The notes beneath the pieces were generated by a model that had not been told where the DNA came from, ran no database searches, and was given only the letters and a program-made list of their open reading frames with translations. From an uncultured Syntrophomonadaceae bacterium (GTDB lineage: Bacteria > Bacillota > Syntrophomonadia > Syntrophomonadales > Syntrophomonadaceae), in contig CAZUSS010000001.1 of the NCBI GenBank assembly GCA_964623245.1, forward strand, positions 30,821 to 94,820: a stretch of DNA of 64,000 nucleotides, read 5' to 3'. Below, piece after piece: positions 49,295 through 57,699 of this stretch; positions within the stretch are counted from its first letter, which is position 1; every line of letters starts with the position of its first letter. The translations under genes were made by a program, and so were the position numbers.

Positions 49295-50542
49295 ATGGCG
49301 GTTTTAGGTTTAATTGCTGAATTTAACCCATTTCATAATGGGCACCTTCATTTAATTAATGAAATAAAGTCCCAAAATAATTTTACTGCTATAATTTGTG
49401 TAATGAGTGGGAATTTCACTCAAAGGGGTGAACCTGCTATTTGCCACAAATGGTCCCGGGCTGAAATGGCTTTGGAAAATGGAGTTGATTTAGTTATTGA
49501 ATTACCTTTTGTTTTTGCTAGCCGTAGTGCTTATTATTTTGCCCGTGCTGCTGTCCAATTACTTAGTCGTACAGGACTTGTAACCCACCTAGCCTTCGGT
49601 AGCGAAACAGATGACATAGAAGTTTTGCAAGAAATAGCCCTATTTCTCAATGATGAACCAGAAGATTACAAAAAACTTTTAGATGATTTACTAGCCCGGG
49701 GACTTAGCTACCCAGTAGCCCGTTCCAGGGCTTTACAAAAGTTTTTTGATAATCCTAGTATGGCAGATATTTTGAGCGGTTCCAATGATATTTTGGGAAT
49801 AGAATATCTAAGAAATATAGATCTTTTAGATCGCTGGATCATACCCTTTACTATTAAACGTAAAGGCTCCCATTTTCATAGTAAAAATTTAACTACATAT
49901 GCGAGTGCCACAGCTATTAGGGAGGCACTCTACCAAAATAGGCCATTAAAAGAATTAGATTTTGCCCTGCCCCAAAGTGCTAAGCACATATTAATGCGGG
50001 AAATTCGGCAAGGTAGAGCACCAATTAAAGCAGAGTTTTTTGGAAATGCCATTTTAGCAAAACTTCGTACCATGGAAGCAAAAGAAATTGAAAAGCTCTA
50101 CGATGTAAATGAAGGGCTGGAGACCAGAATAATAGAAAAATCCATAACAAGTAGTAATCTTAATGAACTAAGGTTGGCAATCAAGTCAAAACGGTATAGT
50201 TATACACGCATTAGCCGGATATTACTGTATTCCTTATTCAATCTAAACAAGGACTTAGTTGATGAACTAGATGCCTTGGGCCCTTTGTATCATCATGTTT
50301 TAGGCTTTACTGATAAAGGCATAAATCTGCTGGGTCAAATGAAAGAAAGTTCAGAACTGCCTATTTTAAACAGAGGCAGGGATGTAAAAAAGCTTTATGA
50401 TGAAACTGATACTGCAGCTAGTAAAATGATAAAACTAGATATTATGGCTAGCAATCTGTATAACCTATTCTATCCCTCGGAAAAAGAACGAAACGGTGCT
50501 AGCGATTTTACCACTTCACCAATTAGGTACTCAAGACTTTAG
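49295..50542 (+). CDS. tmcAL: tRNA(Met) cytidine acetate ligase (YlbM/TmcAL, DUF795 nucleotidyltransferase)
   Basis: GLIAEFNPFHNGHLHLI HxGH-type motif at the N-terminus, ~415 aa. ATG at 49295 with AAGGTGG RBS. Confidence 0.85.
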   Translation: MAVLGLIAEFNPFHNGHLHLINEIKSQNNFTAIICVMSGNFTQRGEPAICHKWSRAEMALENGVDLVIELPFVFASRSAYYFARAAVQLLSRTGLVTHLAFGSETDDIEVLQEIALFLNDEPEDYKKLLDDLLARGLSYPVARSRALQKFFDNPSMADILSGSNDILGIEYLRNIDLLDRWIIPFTIKRKGSHFHSKNLTTYASATAIREALYQNRPLKELDFALPQSAKHILMREIRQGRAPIKAEFFGNAILAKLRTMEAKEIEKLYDVNEGLETRIIEKSITSSNLNELRLAIKSKRYSYTRISRILLYSLFNLNKDLVDELDALGPLYHHVLGFTDKGINLLGQMKESSELPILNRGRDVKKLYDETDTAASKMIKLDIMASNLYNLFYPSEKERNGASDFTTSPIRYSRL

Positions 50543-51329
50543 AAAAACCATTAATCTTGGCCTCTATTTCGGCTAATTTTTCCTGGGCAGCCTCCCTACC
50601 CAAATTTATTAATTCCCGAGAACATTTAAAATCACGTGGTGAATAGTCCGTAACTTTAGGTTGGATTAAAATATCCCAAGTGGGATTAATGAGTCCAAAC
50701 TGGGTGTTAAACTGTTGCTCCTGCATAATATCTATAGAAACCATAATAACATCCAAGGTATTTTGAATAGAATCCTTTTTGCCACCCCCAAAAGAAACAT
50801 CTACCGCTATAACCACATCTGCGCCTTTATCCCTAGCTACACTAACCGGAAGACGATCCAATACGGCTCCATCTACTAATACCATATCATCCTGCAGAAC
50901 TGGATTAAACACTCCTGGAATTGATATACTAGCCCTTATAGCCCTTGCCACCATACCTTCCTCCAGGATTACTTTTTGCCTGTTTACTAAATCCGTAGCT
51001 ACTAATGTCAAAGGAACTTCCAATTGGGAAAAATCTTTTTTCTTAGTCATTAATTCTAGAAAAGTGCTTATTTTTTTACCCGCGATAAATCCCAGTCTAG
51101 GTATATGGACGTCAAAAAAAATGTTGTGATTTATAGATTCAATCATTTTATCTAGCATGTACAAATTAGTGCCACATGCATAGATTCCCCCTACCATAGC
51201 CCCCATGCTACAACCCACAATAAAGTCAAAATGGACATCATTTTCCTCAAAGACCTGTAAAACACCAATATGGGCTAAACCCCTGGCACTCCCCGCACCT
51301 AATACCAAGGCAACTTTTGGCTTAAGCAT
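50523..51329 (-). CDS. patatin-like phospholipase (YlbK family)
   Basis: Oxyanion GAGSARG, nucleophile elbow GCSMGA, catalytic DGA. Occupies the B. subtilis ylbK position. Confidence 0.85.
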   Translation of the reverse strand: MLKPKVALVLGAGSARGLAHIGVLQVFEENDVHFDFIVGCSMGAMVGGIYACGTNLYMLDKMIESINHNIFFDVHIPRLGFIAGKKISTFLELMTKKKDFSQLEVPLTLVATDLVNRQKVILEEGMVARAIRASISIPGVFNPVLQDDMVLVDGAVLDRLPVSVARDKGADVVIAVDVSFGGGKKDSIQNTLDVIMVSIDIMQEQQFNTQFGLINPTWDILIQPKVTDYSPRDFKCSRELINLGREAAQEKLAEIEAKINGFSKVLST

Positions 51330-51440
51330 GTGGTTATCTACCCCTTATACAATAATGACTTCTAAGTTACAAGTATCCCAACATATAAATTAATTAGTCC
51401 TTCCTTGGTCCATTGTATAAAAACTATTATGGAGATGCTG

Positions 51441-52607
51441 ATGGGAAAATACTATAAATTGTTTTTTCTAATTATATTATTATTATTAACTACATTTATG
51501 ATAATCAGCCCTAAAAGTACTGTGAATGCTGCTACAAGTGGGTTTAAATTATGGTACAATGTTTTGCTACCAGCACTTTTGCCATTTTTTATAGTAGCAG
51601 AATTAATCGTAAATCTAGGGTTGATAAGGTTTATTGGTGTACTCCTAGAACCAATTATGCGACCTTTATTTAGACTCCCGGGTTCTAGCTCAGTAGTGAT
51701 TGTAATGGGATTTACTTCGGGTTTCCCTGTGGGGGCAATTCTATGTAAAAAACTATACGAAGAAAAACTACTTACTGCCAATGAAGCTGAAAGATTAGTA
51801 TCATTTACTAATAATTCTAGTCCACTATTTATTATTGGGGCTATTGGAGTAGGTATGTTCGCCTCACCAGTTTACGGTTATTTATTAGCCTTTTCCCATT
51901 ATCTTTCCAATTTAATTGTGGGCCTTTTATGGCGATTTAAGGCCCCTATGCCCCTTATGCCCTACCATGAGACAAGAAGCATCAAAGCAGCATTGCAAGA
52001 ATTATTGACAGCTAAAACTGCAAGTTTGGGTAAAATATTGGGCGATGCCATAAAAAACAGTATAAATAATATCATAATTATTGCGGGTTTTATCATCTTT
52101 TTTTCCGTATTAACCAGAATGTTATCTGTATGGGGTATTATAGATTGGTTTGCCCTTATCTTGGCTAATCTGCCCCCCTTGTTCAAAATAACTTACCCCG
52201 TAGCCTATGGTTTAGGTATGGGCATATTCGAAATAACCTTAGGGGCTAATACTATTGCAATTGCCAATAGTGAATTAATTACCAAGTTGTTAGCCATCAG
52301 TAGTTTATTAGCCTTTAGTGGTCTTTCTATCATTGCCCAGGTAATGAGTGTTATCTCGCAAATCCCCATACGCCTATCCTTTTACCTTAAAGCTAGACTG
52401 ATCCAGGTAATCATATCTATTTTTATTACATTTGTGGGCTATAAATGTTTCCTGTATCCTATGCAAATCCTGCCATCTGCAGCCTTATGGTCCTATCAAA
52501 GAATAATCTACGGGGTTGATGCTTGGTCTTTTGCCCTGCTTAGCTTAATAATAAGTTTATGTATAATTTCTAGTCTAATGTTACTCTCTTGGTTAATCAG
52601 AGATTAA
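51441..52607 (+). CDS. ylbJ: sporulation integral membrane protein YlbJ (nucleoside-recognition domain family)
   Basis: Polytopic, ~390 aa, with ylb-cluster synteny. The start is uncertain: 51441 has GGAG 6 nt upstream, and the track gives 51405. Confidence 0.75.
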   Translation: MGKYYKLFFLIILLLLTTFMIISPKSTVNAATSGFKLWYNVLLPALLPFFIVAELIVNLGLIRFIGVLLEPIMRPLFRLPGSSSVVIVMGFTSGFPVGAILCKKLYEEKLLTANEAERLVSFTNNSSPLFIIGAIGVGMFASPVYGYLLAFSHYLSNLIVGLLWRFKAPMPLMPYHETRSIKAALQELLTAKTASLGKILGDAIKNSINNIIIIAGFIIFFSVLTRMLSVWGIIDWFALILANLPPLFKITYPVAYGLGMGIFEITLGANTIAIANSELITKLLAISSLLAFSGLSIIAQVMSVISQIPIRLSFYLKARLIQVIISIFITFVGYKCFLYPMQILPSAALWSYQRIIYGVDAWSFALLSLIISLCIISSLMLLSWLIRD

Positions 52608-53068
52608 AAGTCTTCTTCAGTTAAAGCATAGTTTAATTCTGCTTTCCCTTCTACAACAGCATCTAGACCTTTTCTGAGTACTATTTCCATATGGGATAAT
52701 ACCCCCGAGGCATATTCGTTGGCATCTATCTTTATTTCCTTGGCCACATTTTCTGCATTAGCAATAATATCTTCCGCTACTTGCATAGCGTTTTTGGTAA
52801 TTTCACTTTCATCTACTAGACGGGCCACTTTACCTTTGGAGGCTTCCATAACTTCCTCAGCCTGGGCACATGCTTCAGTAACTATTCTTTCCTTTTCTTG
52901 TAGAACTAATTTAGCAGTTTGCAATTCTTCGGGTAAAATTGCCCTCAACCTATCTAAACGATCCAAAAAAACATGCCCCTCAATAATAGATTTACCTGAT
53001 AAGGGTACCCTTTTACTATCCCTAATCATTAACTCCATCTCATCCAAGATACGAAAGATTTCCATCAT
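52604..53068 (-). CDS. conserved hypothetical coiled-coil protein
   Basis: 154 aa, helical and acidic, with no catalytic motif recognisable by eye. It follows rsmD by 15 nt. Confidence 0.6.
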   Translation of the reverse strand: MMEIFRILDEMELMIRDSKRVPLSGKSIIEGHVFLDRLDRLRAILPEELQTAKLVLQEKERIVTEACAQAEEVMEASKGKVARLVDESEITKNAMQVAEDIIANAENVAKEIKIDANEYASGVLSHMEIVLRKGLDAVVEGKAELNYALTEEDF

Positions 53069-53083
53069 AAGCCTATAAACCTC

Positions 53084-53644
53084 CTATGATTTTAATAAAT
53101 AATAATGTAGGACTGATTCACCATATTTATTTAGCCTACTTCTAATTAAATTTTTATATTCTGCAGGCATATTCAGCCTGTGTGGACTCCTTATAATAAT
53201 TATTCCATTTTCATTTAGTAAGCTACTATTACCATCTAAGCTTAACATAATCTGATCAAAAATTTCGGCATTAGTAAAGGGTGGGTCTATATAAATAATA
53301 TTAAATTTGAGCTCCTTTCTGACTATAATATCCAAAGCTTTAAATACATCATTTTTATATACCTTAAATCCTTCTTTGAAGTTACAAGATTTTAGATTAT
53401 GATATATGGTCTTTACTGCCCCATTATTGTTATCGACAAATATTACTGATTTAGCTCCTCTACTTAGAGCTTCAATTCCCACACTGCCACTACCCGCAAA
53501 TAAATCTAAAAAATCTGCTGCTTGGATCCTATGACCTAGTACATTGAACAATGCTTCCTTAATCATATCGGTAATAGGTCTAGTATTATTTCCAGGGGGT
53601 ACCCTTAGTTTCCTGTTTTTTGCAGTCCCTGCGATTATTCTCAA
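53084..53644 (-). CDS. rsmD: 16S rRNA (guanine966-N2)-methyltransferase
   Basis: LDLFAGSGSVGIEALSRG SAM site and IYIDPPF motif. TTG start with AAGGAG RBS. Confidence 0.92.
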   Translation of the reverse strand: MRIIAGTAKNRKLRVPPGNNTRPITDMIKEALFNVLGHRIQAADFLDLFAGSGSVGIEALSRGAKSVIFVDNNNGAVKTIYHNLKSCNFKEGFKVYKNDVFKALDIIVRKELKFNIIYIDPPFTNAEIFDQIMLSLDGNSSLLNENGIIIIRSPHRLNMPAEYKNLIRSRLNKYGESVLHYYLLKS

Positions 53645-53914
53645 TCTTATTACTCCTTATTTCGCCTATTTTATTTCATTACCCTTTTTTAGTAATTTTA
53701 TCACAAAAAATATTTTAATTTCTTGTATATATTTACTTATTAGGGGCAATTATATAAGTACCAGAAGAAAATCTGGTAAAAACAAACCCTCCCCAACAAC
53801 TTTACAAAATTCTCCTCTCCCCAAATGGCGACCAAATGGTCGCCATTTAATTATATTTTCCTATTTGTATAATATAAATATTTACAAATAAATTTAATAT
53901 TGTAAATTTCAGCA

Positions 53915-53943
53915 GCATAATAATCCATATTTTACGAATAATA
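53915..53943 (+). promoter_or_regulatory. forespore (sigma-F/sigma-G type) promoter candidate for gpr
   Basis: GCATA-N17-AATAATA, about 20 nt upstream of the gpr RBS. Compare with the remembered sigma-G consensus GHATR-N17/18-CATXHTA. Confidence 0.45.
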
Positions 53944-53963
53944 TATAGGAAAGGAGGTAGCTA

Positions 53964-54923
53964 ATGCAAAAGATTATTAAAGAATATAACCTTTATGTGG
54001 ATTTAGCCGTTGAGGCCCGCGATTTAATTAGAGGGGATAAAGATCTCGAAATATCAGGAGTAAAAGAAGAAGTAAAAAGCCTGGAAAATATTAAAGTTAC
54101 CACTATTAGCATTTTAAACGAGGCCGGGGCTGCTGAAATGGGGCGTCCAGTCGGTGTCTATGTTACCATTGAGTCACCACCTCTGAAAATAAAAAACCCT
54201 TATGTTGACACCGAGATTATACAAAGTATAGAAGAATCAATGGCAGTATTAATGGGGGATTATTTAAAGCCAGATGACACGGTATTATTAGTTGGTTTAG
54301 GCAACTGGCATGCTACTGCCGACTCACTAGGTCCAAAATTCGTGGAGTATAGTCCCATTACCAGACATTATCATGAACACGCACCAGATGCTTTAGTCGA
54401 AGGTATGCGTCCCACCTGTGCAATTGCCCCAGGAGTTTTAGGCCTGACTGGACTAGAGACCTTCGAAGTAATCAAAGGTATAGTAGAAAAAGTTAAGCCT
54501 GCCTTAGTTATTGCCGTAGATGCCTTGGCAGCCCAGAATGTAGAAAGAATTGGTACTACTATCCAGATGGCTAACACCGGTATTCAACCAGGGGCAGGTA
54601 TAGGCAATGCCAGACATGCTTTAACCCAAGAGGGTCTTGGAGTACCTGTCATAGCCATAGGTTGTCCGACTATAGTTAATGCAAGCATAATTGCAGGACA
54701 GGCCATTAAAAAGTTTTGTCTCAATAGCGGAGCTATGTATGATGATTTTAGGGCCAGGGATTCGATTAAAGAAATCCTTTCATATTTCGGGGGTAGTTTA
54801 GGAGTCACCCCACAGGAAATTGATGAAATAATAGAAAATGTCGCCAATATTATTTCCGTAGGAGTAGGTAATTCTCTATTTCCACATATTTCAGAAGAAC
54901 AATTAGAATTATATGTTACTTAG
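53964..54923 (+). CDS. gpr: germination protease (SASP-specific endopeptidase)
   Basis: 319 aa, full-length GPR-family features (LVGLGNWHATADSLGP, VIAVDALAA). Confidence 0.9.
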   Translation: MQKIIKEYNLYVDLAVEARDLIRGDKDLEISGVKEEVKSLENIKVTTISILNEAGAAEMGRPVGVYVTIESPPLKIKNPYVDTEIIQSIEESMAVLMGDYLKPDDTVLLVGLGNWHATADSLGPKFVEYSPITRHYHEHAPDALVEGMRPTCAIAPGVLGLTGLETFEVIKGIVEKVKPALVIAVDALAAQNVERIGTTIQMANTGIQPGAGIGNARHALTQEGLGVPVIAIGCPTIVNASIIAGQAIKKFCLNSGAMYDDFRARDSIKEILSYFGGSLGVTPQEIDEIIENVANIISVGVGNSLFPHISEEQLELYVT

Positions 54924-54935
54924 TTTTAATAATGG

Positions 54936-54966
54936 AAACAAGCGGATAAAGTTGCCTCCGCTTGTT
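54936..54966. terminator. shared hairpin between the convergent gpr and SASP genes
   Basis: AAACAAGCGG-ATAAAGTTGCCT-CCGCTTGTT. The U-runs are weak on both strands. Confidence 0.5.
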
Positions 54967-54998
54967 CTTGATAGAATGGTTAGTTATTTAAATATCAA

Positions 54999-55271
54999 TT
55001 AAGACTGACTGCTTTTATTTTGTTGTTGGATTACATCTAATTCTTGAATTTGATTTAAACCTTGTGCACTTCCACCAATTTGTCTTTGCTGGTAATCGTA
55101 AACCATTTTCTTAACCATTTGTCCCCCAATACTACCAGCTTGACGTGAAGTTAAATCACCATTGTAACCATCTTTAAGGTTAACTCCTACTTCTTTAGCA
55201 GCTTCAAATTTAAATTTATCCATTGCTTCCCTTGCTTGTGGTACTATTAGTTGGTTACTGCTTTTAGCCAT
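54999..55271 (-). CDS. alpha/beta-type small acid-soluble spore protein with a Q-rich C-terminal extension
   Basis: LIVPQAREAMDKFKFEAAKEVGVNL and SRQAGSIGGQMVKKMV match the two conserved SASP blocks. About 25 extra C-terminal residues (QGLNQIQELDVIQQQNKSSQS). Confidence 0.88.
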   Translation of the reverse strand: MAKSSNQLIVPQAREAMDKFKFEAAKEVGVNLKDGYNGDLTSRQAGSIGGQMVKKMVYDYQQRQIGGSAQGLNQIQELDVIQQQNKSSQS

Positions 55272-55302
55272 TCATTCTCACCTCCTTTATTGAGTGTAGT
55301 CT

Positions 55303-55331
55303 TATTGTGTCCTTTGCTAAAAGATATATGC
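55303..55331 (-). promoter_or_regulatory. sigma-G type promoter of the SASP gene
   Basis: Minus strand GCATA-N17-CACAATA, about 30 nt upstream of the SASP ATG. Confidence 0.6.
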
Positions 55332-55342
55332 TAGAAGTATTT

Positions 55343-55465
55343 TCATTGATTTTTAATTTTTTTCCTATCAGACTTTTGCCTATTTCCTTCTTGAATCCCT
55401 AATTCCTGTGTCACCTCGTACTTTAATTTTTCGATATCATTTTTTGTTTTTTTTGACTTAGCCAT
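55343..55465 (-). CDS. 40-aa SASP-like mini-ORF (carries only the first conserved alpha/beta SASP block)
   Basis: Not in the ORF track. Translation is MAKSKKTKNDIEKLKYEVTQELGIQEGNRQKSDRKKIKNQ. KLKYEVTQELGIQ resembles the SASP KYEIAxEFGV block, and GGGGG lies 10 nt upstream of the ATG. No clear promoter was found. Confidence 0.35.
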   Translation of the reverse strand: MAKSKKTKNDIEKLKYEVTQELGIQEGNRQKSDRKKIKNQ

Positions 55466-55504
55466 TAAATAATACCCCCATAAAGTTTTTTTATTAATCT
55501 TTTA

Positions 55505-55538
55505 CAAAAAAAATAACTGCAAATTTCCTCGCAGTTAT
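55505..55538 (-). terminator. rho-independent terminator after recG
   Basis: Minus strand ATAACTGC-GAGGAAATTT-GCAGTTAT followed by TTTTTTTTG. Confidence 0.7.
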
Positions 55539-55586
55539 AGGATAAAACTATTTGAAGATTATTATTAAGCCAATAATTGTTATGCT

Positions 55587-57608
55587 CTAATTTGGTGCTA
55601 TTTCTTTATCTTTGTTGAATTTTTTATTTATGTATCTTTCAAGATTAGAAAAATCATAATCCTCATTTATAATATTTTTACTCAATTCGATTAAATCTTT
55701 ATCCTTAATTAGATTAGCTACTTTTAATTGATCGAGCCCATGTTGTCTAACTCCCCAAAAATCACCAGGCCCTCTAATATTTAAATCCTCATTAGCCAAA
55801 ATAAAGCCATCATTAGTCCTTTCCATGGCTTTTAACCTCTGTAGGGCTTCTTCAGACTTAGGTTCGGCAATTAAATAACAATAGGACTCCACATTGCCGC
55901 GACCAACTCGCCCCCTTAACTGATGCAATTGGGATAAGCCAAATCTTTCCGCTTGTTCTATTACAATAATAGATGCATTAGGAACATCAACCCCTACCTC
56001 AATAACCGTAGTAGTTACTAATAAATCAAGCTCACCTGCTTTGAATCTATGCATAATATAATCCTTTTCTGCTGATTTTAAACGTCCATGTAGCAAACCC
56101 AGTCTAAAGTCCTTTAAAATCCCACTTTTTAATTCATAGTATAAGGTCTGGGCTGCTTGCAAATCTTGTTTTTCCGATTCTTCTATCAAGGGACATACTA
56201 CATATACCTGTAGGCCTTTCTTAAGTTCCTCTTTTATAAAATTATATAACTTATCTCGGTCTGGGTTTTTTATGTAATAGGTCTTAATTGGCTTTCTCCC
56301 TGGGGGTAATTCATCAATTATACTCACATCTAAATCTCCATACACTGTTAAGGCTAAAGTGCGAGGGATAGGTGTAGCCGTCATGATTAAAATGTCGGTA
56401 TATTCACCTTTGTTAGCTAAATTCGCCCTTTGCTTCACCCCAAATCTATGCTGTTCATCCACTACTGCTAGACCTAAATTCTTAAAAAATATATCTTCCT
56501 GGATTAAAGAATGAGTACCGATTAATAAATCAATGTGGCCAGCTTGAAGTGCCTCCAGAATCATCTGCTTTTCCTTAGGGGGTGTAGAACTAGTAAGGCA
56601 AGCCATAACTACATCTGACTGCTTAAAGAACTGAGATAAGGAAAAAAAGTGTTGCTGGGCTAATATTTCTGTTGGAGCCATCAGGGCAGCTTGGAAACCG
56701 CTGGCTACTGCTTTAGCCATAGCCAAGGCAGCAACTACGGTTTTCCCTGAACCAACATCACCTTGGATAAGTCTATTCATTTGTCGGGGTTTTTCCATAT
56801 CGCTGAATATCTCGTTTATTACTTTCCTTTGGGCATGAGTCAAATCAAAATGGAGGTTTTCCATAATTTCCTTAACTAAGGGCTTGATTTCTTTATGAAT
56901 AATGTGCCCATTTTCGCTAACTAGGGGTTTTCTAAGGCTTAATTGAAACAAGCACAATTCTTCAACTGCTAACCTTTTTCTAGCAACTTTATATGCTTGT
57001 CCGCTTGCGGGAAAATGTAAATTATAAAATGCGGGCCTTATGTCACCCAAATTATACTTGTCCTTTAAGGGAACAGAAAAAATGTCTGGGTAATAATTAA
57101 GGTATTCATCAAGTACAGTAAGCATTGTTTGCCGCATAAACTTCTGGTTAAGGCCTTCAGTTAAAGGATAAATAGGAAGTATTTTGTGCTTAGTATTAAT
57201 AGGGTCATTTAATTCATATTCGCTCACATTTATTTCTAAGCCCTCATAACCACTTTTAACTTTTCCACTAACGAAAATTTCCTGACCCGGCCTTATATAT
57301 TTTTCCAAAAAGGGTTGGTTGAACCACACCGCTTGGAAATAACCAGCAGCATCTTTTAAAACCGCCTTAAAAATGTGCATTCCTTTTCTAGCTCTAAGAC
57401 TATTAACACTTATCACTTCACCTTGTAAGTGATTGTATTCCCCTATTTTCACCGTATCAATATTTGGTATCCTATCCCTATTTATATAGGCCCTAGGCAT
57501 ATGCCAGAGTAGATCAAAAATAGAATATATATTTAACCTAGCTAACAATTTGCTTCTTTTAGGCCCTATTCCTTTAACATATTGCACATTACCAAAAAGC
57601 TTATCCAT
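55587..57608 (-). CDS. recG: ATP-dependent DNA helicase RecG
   Basis: Wedge domain plus SF2 motifs GDVGSGKT, DEQHRFG and QLRGRVGRG. Confidence 0.96.
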   Translation of the reverse strand: MDKLFGNVQYVKGIGPKRSKLLARLNIYSIFDLLWHMPRAYINRDRIPNIDTVKIGEYNHLQGEVISVNSLRARKGMHIFKAVLKDAAGYFQAVWFNQPFLEKYIRPGQEIFVSGKVKSGYEGLEINVSEYELNDPINTKHKILPIYPLTEGLNQKFMRQTMLTVLDEYLNYYPDIFSVPLKDKYNLGDIRPAFYNLHFPASGQAYKVARKRLAVEELCLFQLSLRKPLVSENGHIIHKEIKPLVKEIMENLHFDLTHAQRKVINEIFSDMEKPRQMNRLIQGDVGSGKTVVAALAMAKAVASGFQAALMAPTEILAQQHFFSLSQFFKQSDVVMACLTSSTPPKEKQMILEALQAGHIDLLIGTHSLIQEDIFFKNLGLAVVDEQHRFGVKQRANLANKGEYTDILIMTATPIPRTLALTVYGDLDVSIIDELPPGRKPIKTYYIKNPDRDKLYNFIKEELKKGLQVYVVCPLIEESEKQDLQAAQTLYYELKSGILKDFRLGLLHGRLKSAEKDYIMHRFKAGELDLLVTTTVIEVGVDVPNASIIVIEQAERFGLSQLHQLRGRVGRGNVESYCYLIAEPKSEEALQRLKAMERTNDGFILANEDLNIRGPGDFWGVRQHGLDQLKVANLIKDKDLIELSKNIINEDYDFSNLERYINKKFNKDKEIAPN

Positions 57609-57639
57609 AAAAGCCTCCCTAAATCCCCGAATTCCGACT

Positions 57640-57688
57640 TAAAAATAAAAAATTAAGAAATGGGGCAGGACCTCAGCCCTACCCCATT
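57640..57688 (-). terminator. terminator after the DAK2-domain gene
   Basis: Minus strand AATGGGGTAGGGC-TGAGGT-CCTGCCCCATT (one mismatch) followed by a T-rich tract. Confidence 0.55.
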
Positions 57689-57699
57689 TTTACTTATCC

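Noticed and set aside
50523-51329. Patatin-like phospholipase as a possible CBASS or defence effector.
   Set aside because: It occupies the conserved ylbK position between ylbJ and ylbM(tmcAL). No cyclase, sensor or other defence partner is adjacent.
53544-53891. 115-aa plus-strand ORF spanning the rsmD 5' end and the rsmD/gpr spacer.
   Set aside because: It overlaps the rsmD coding region antisense, has no RBS, and has a low-complexity hydrophobic translation. The spacer signal is better explained by RNA structure (see the sRNA candidate).
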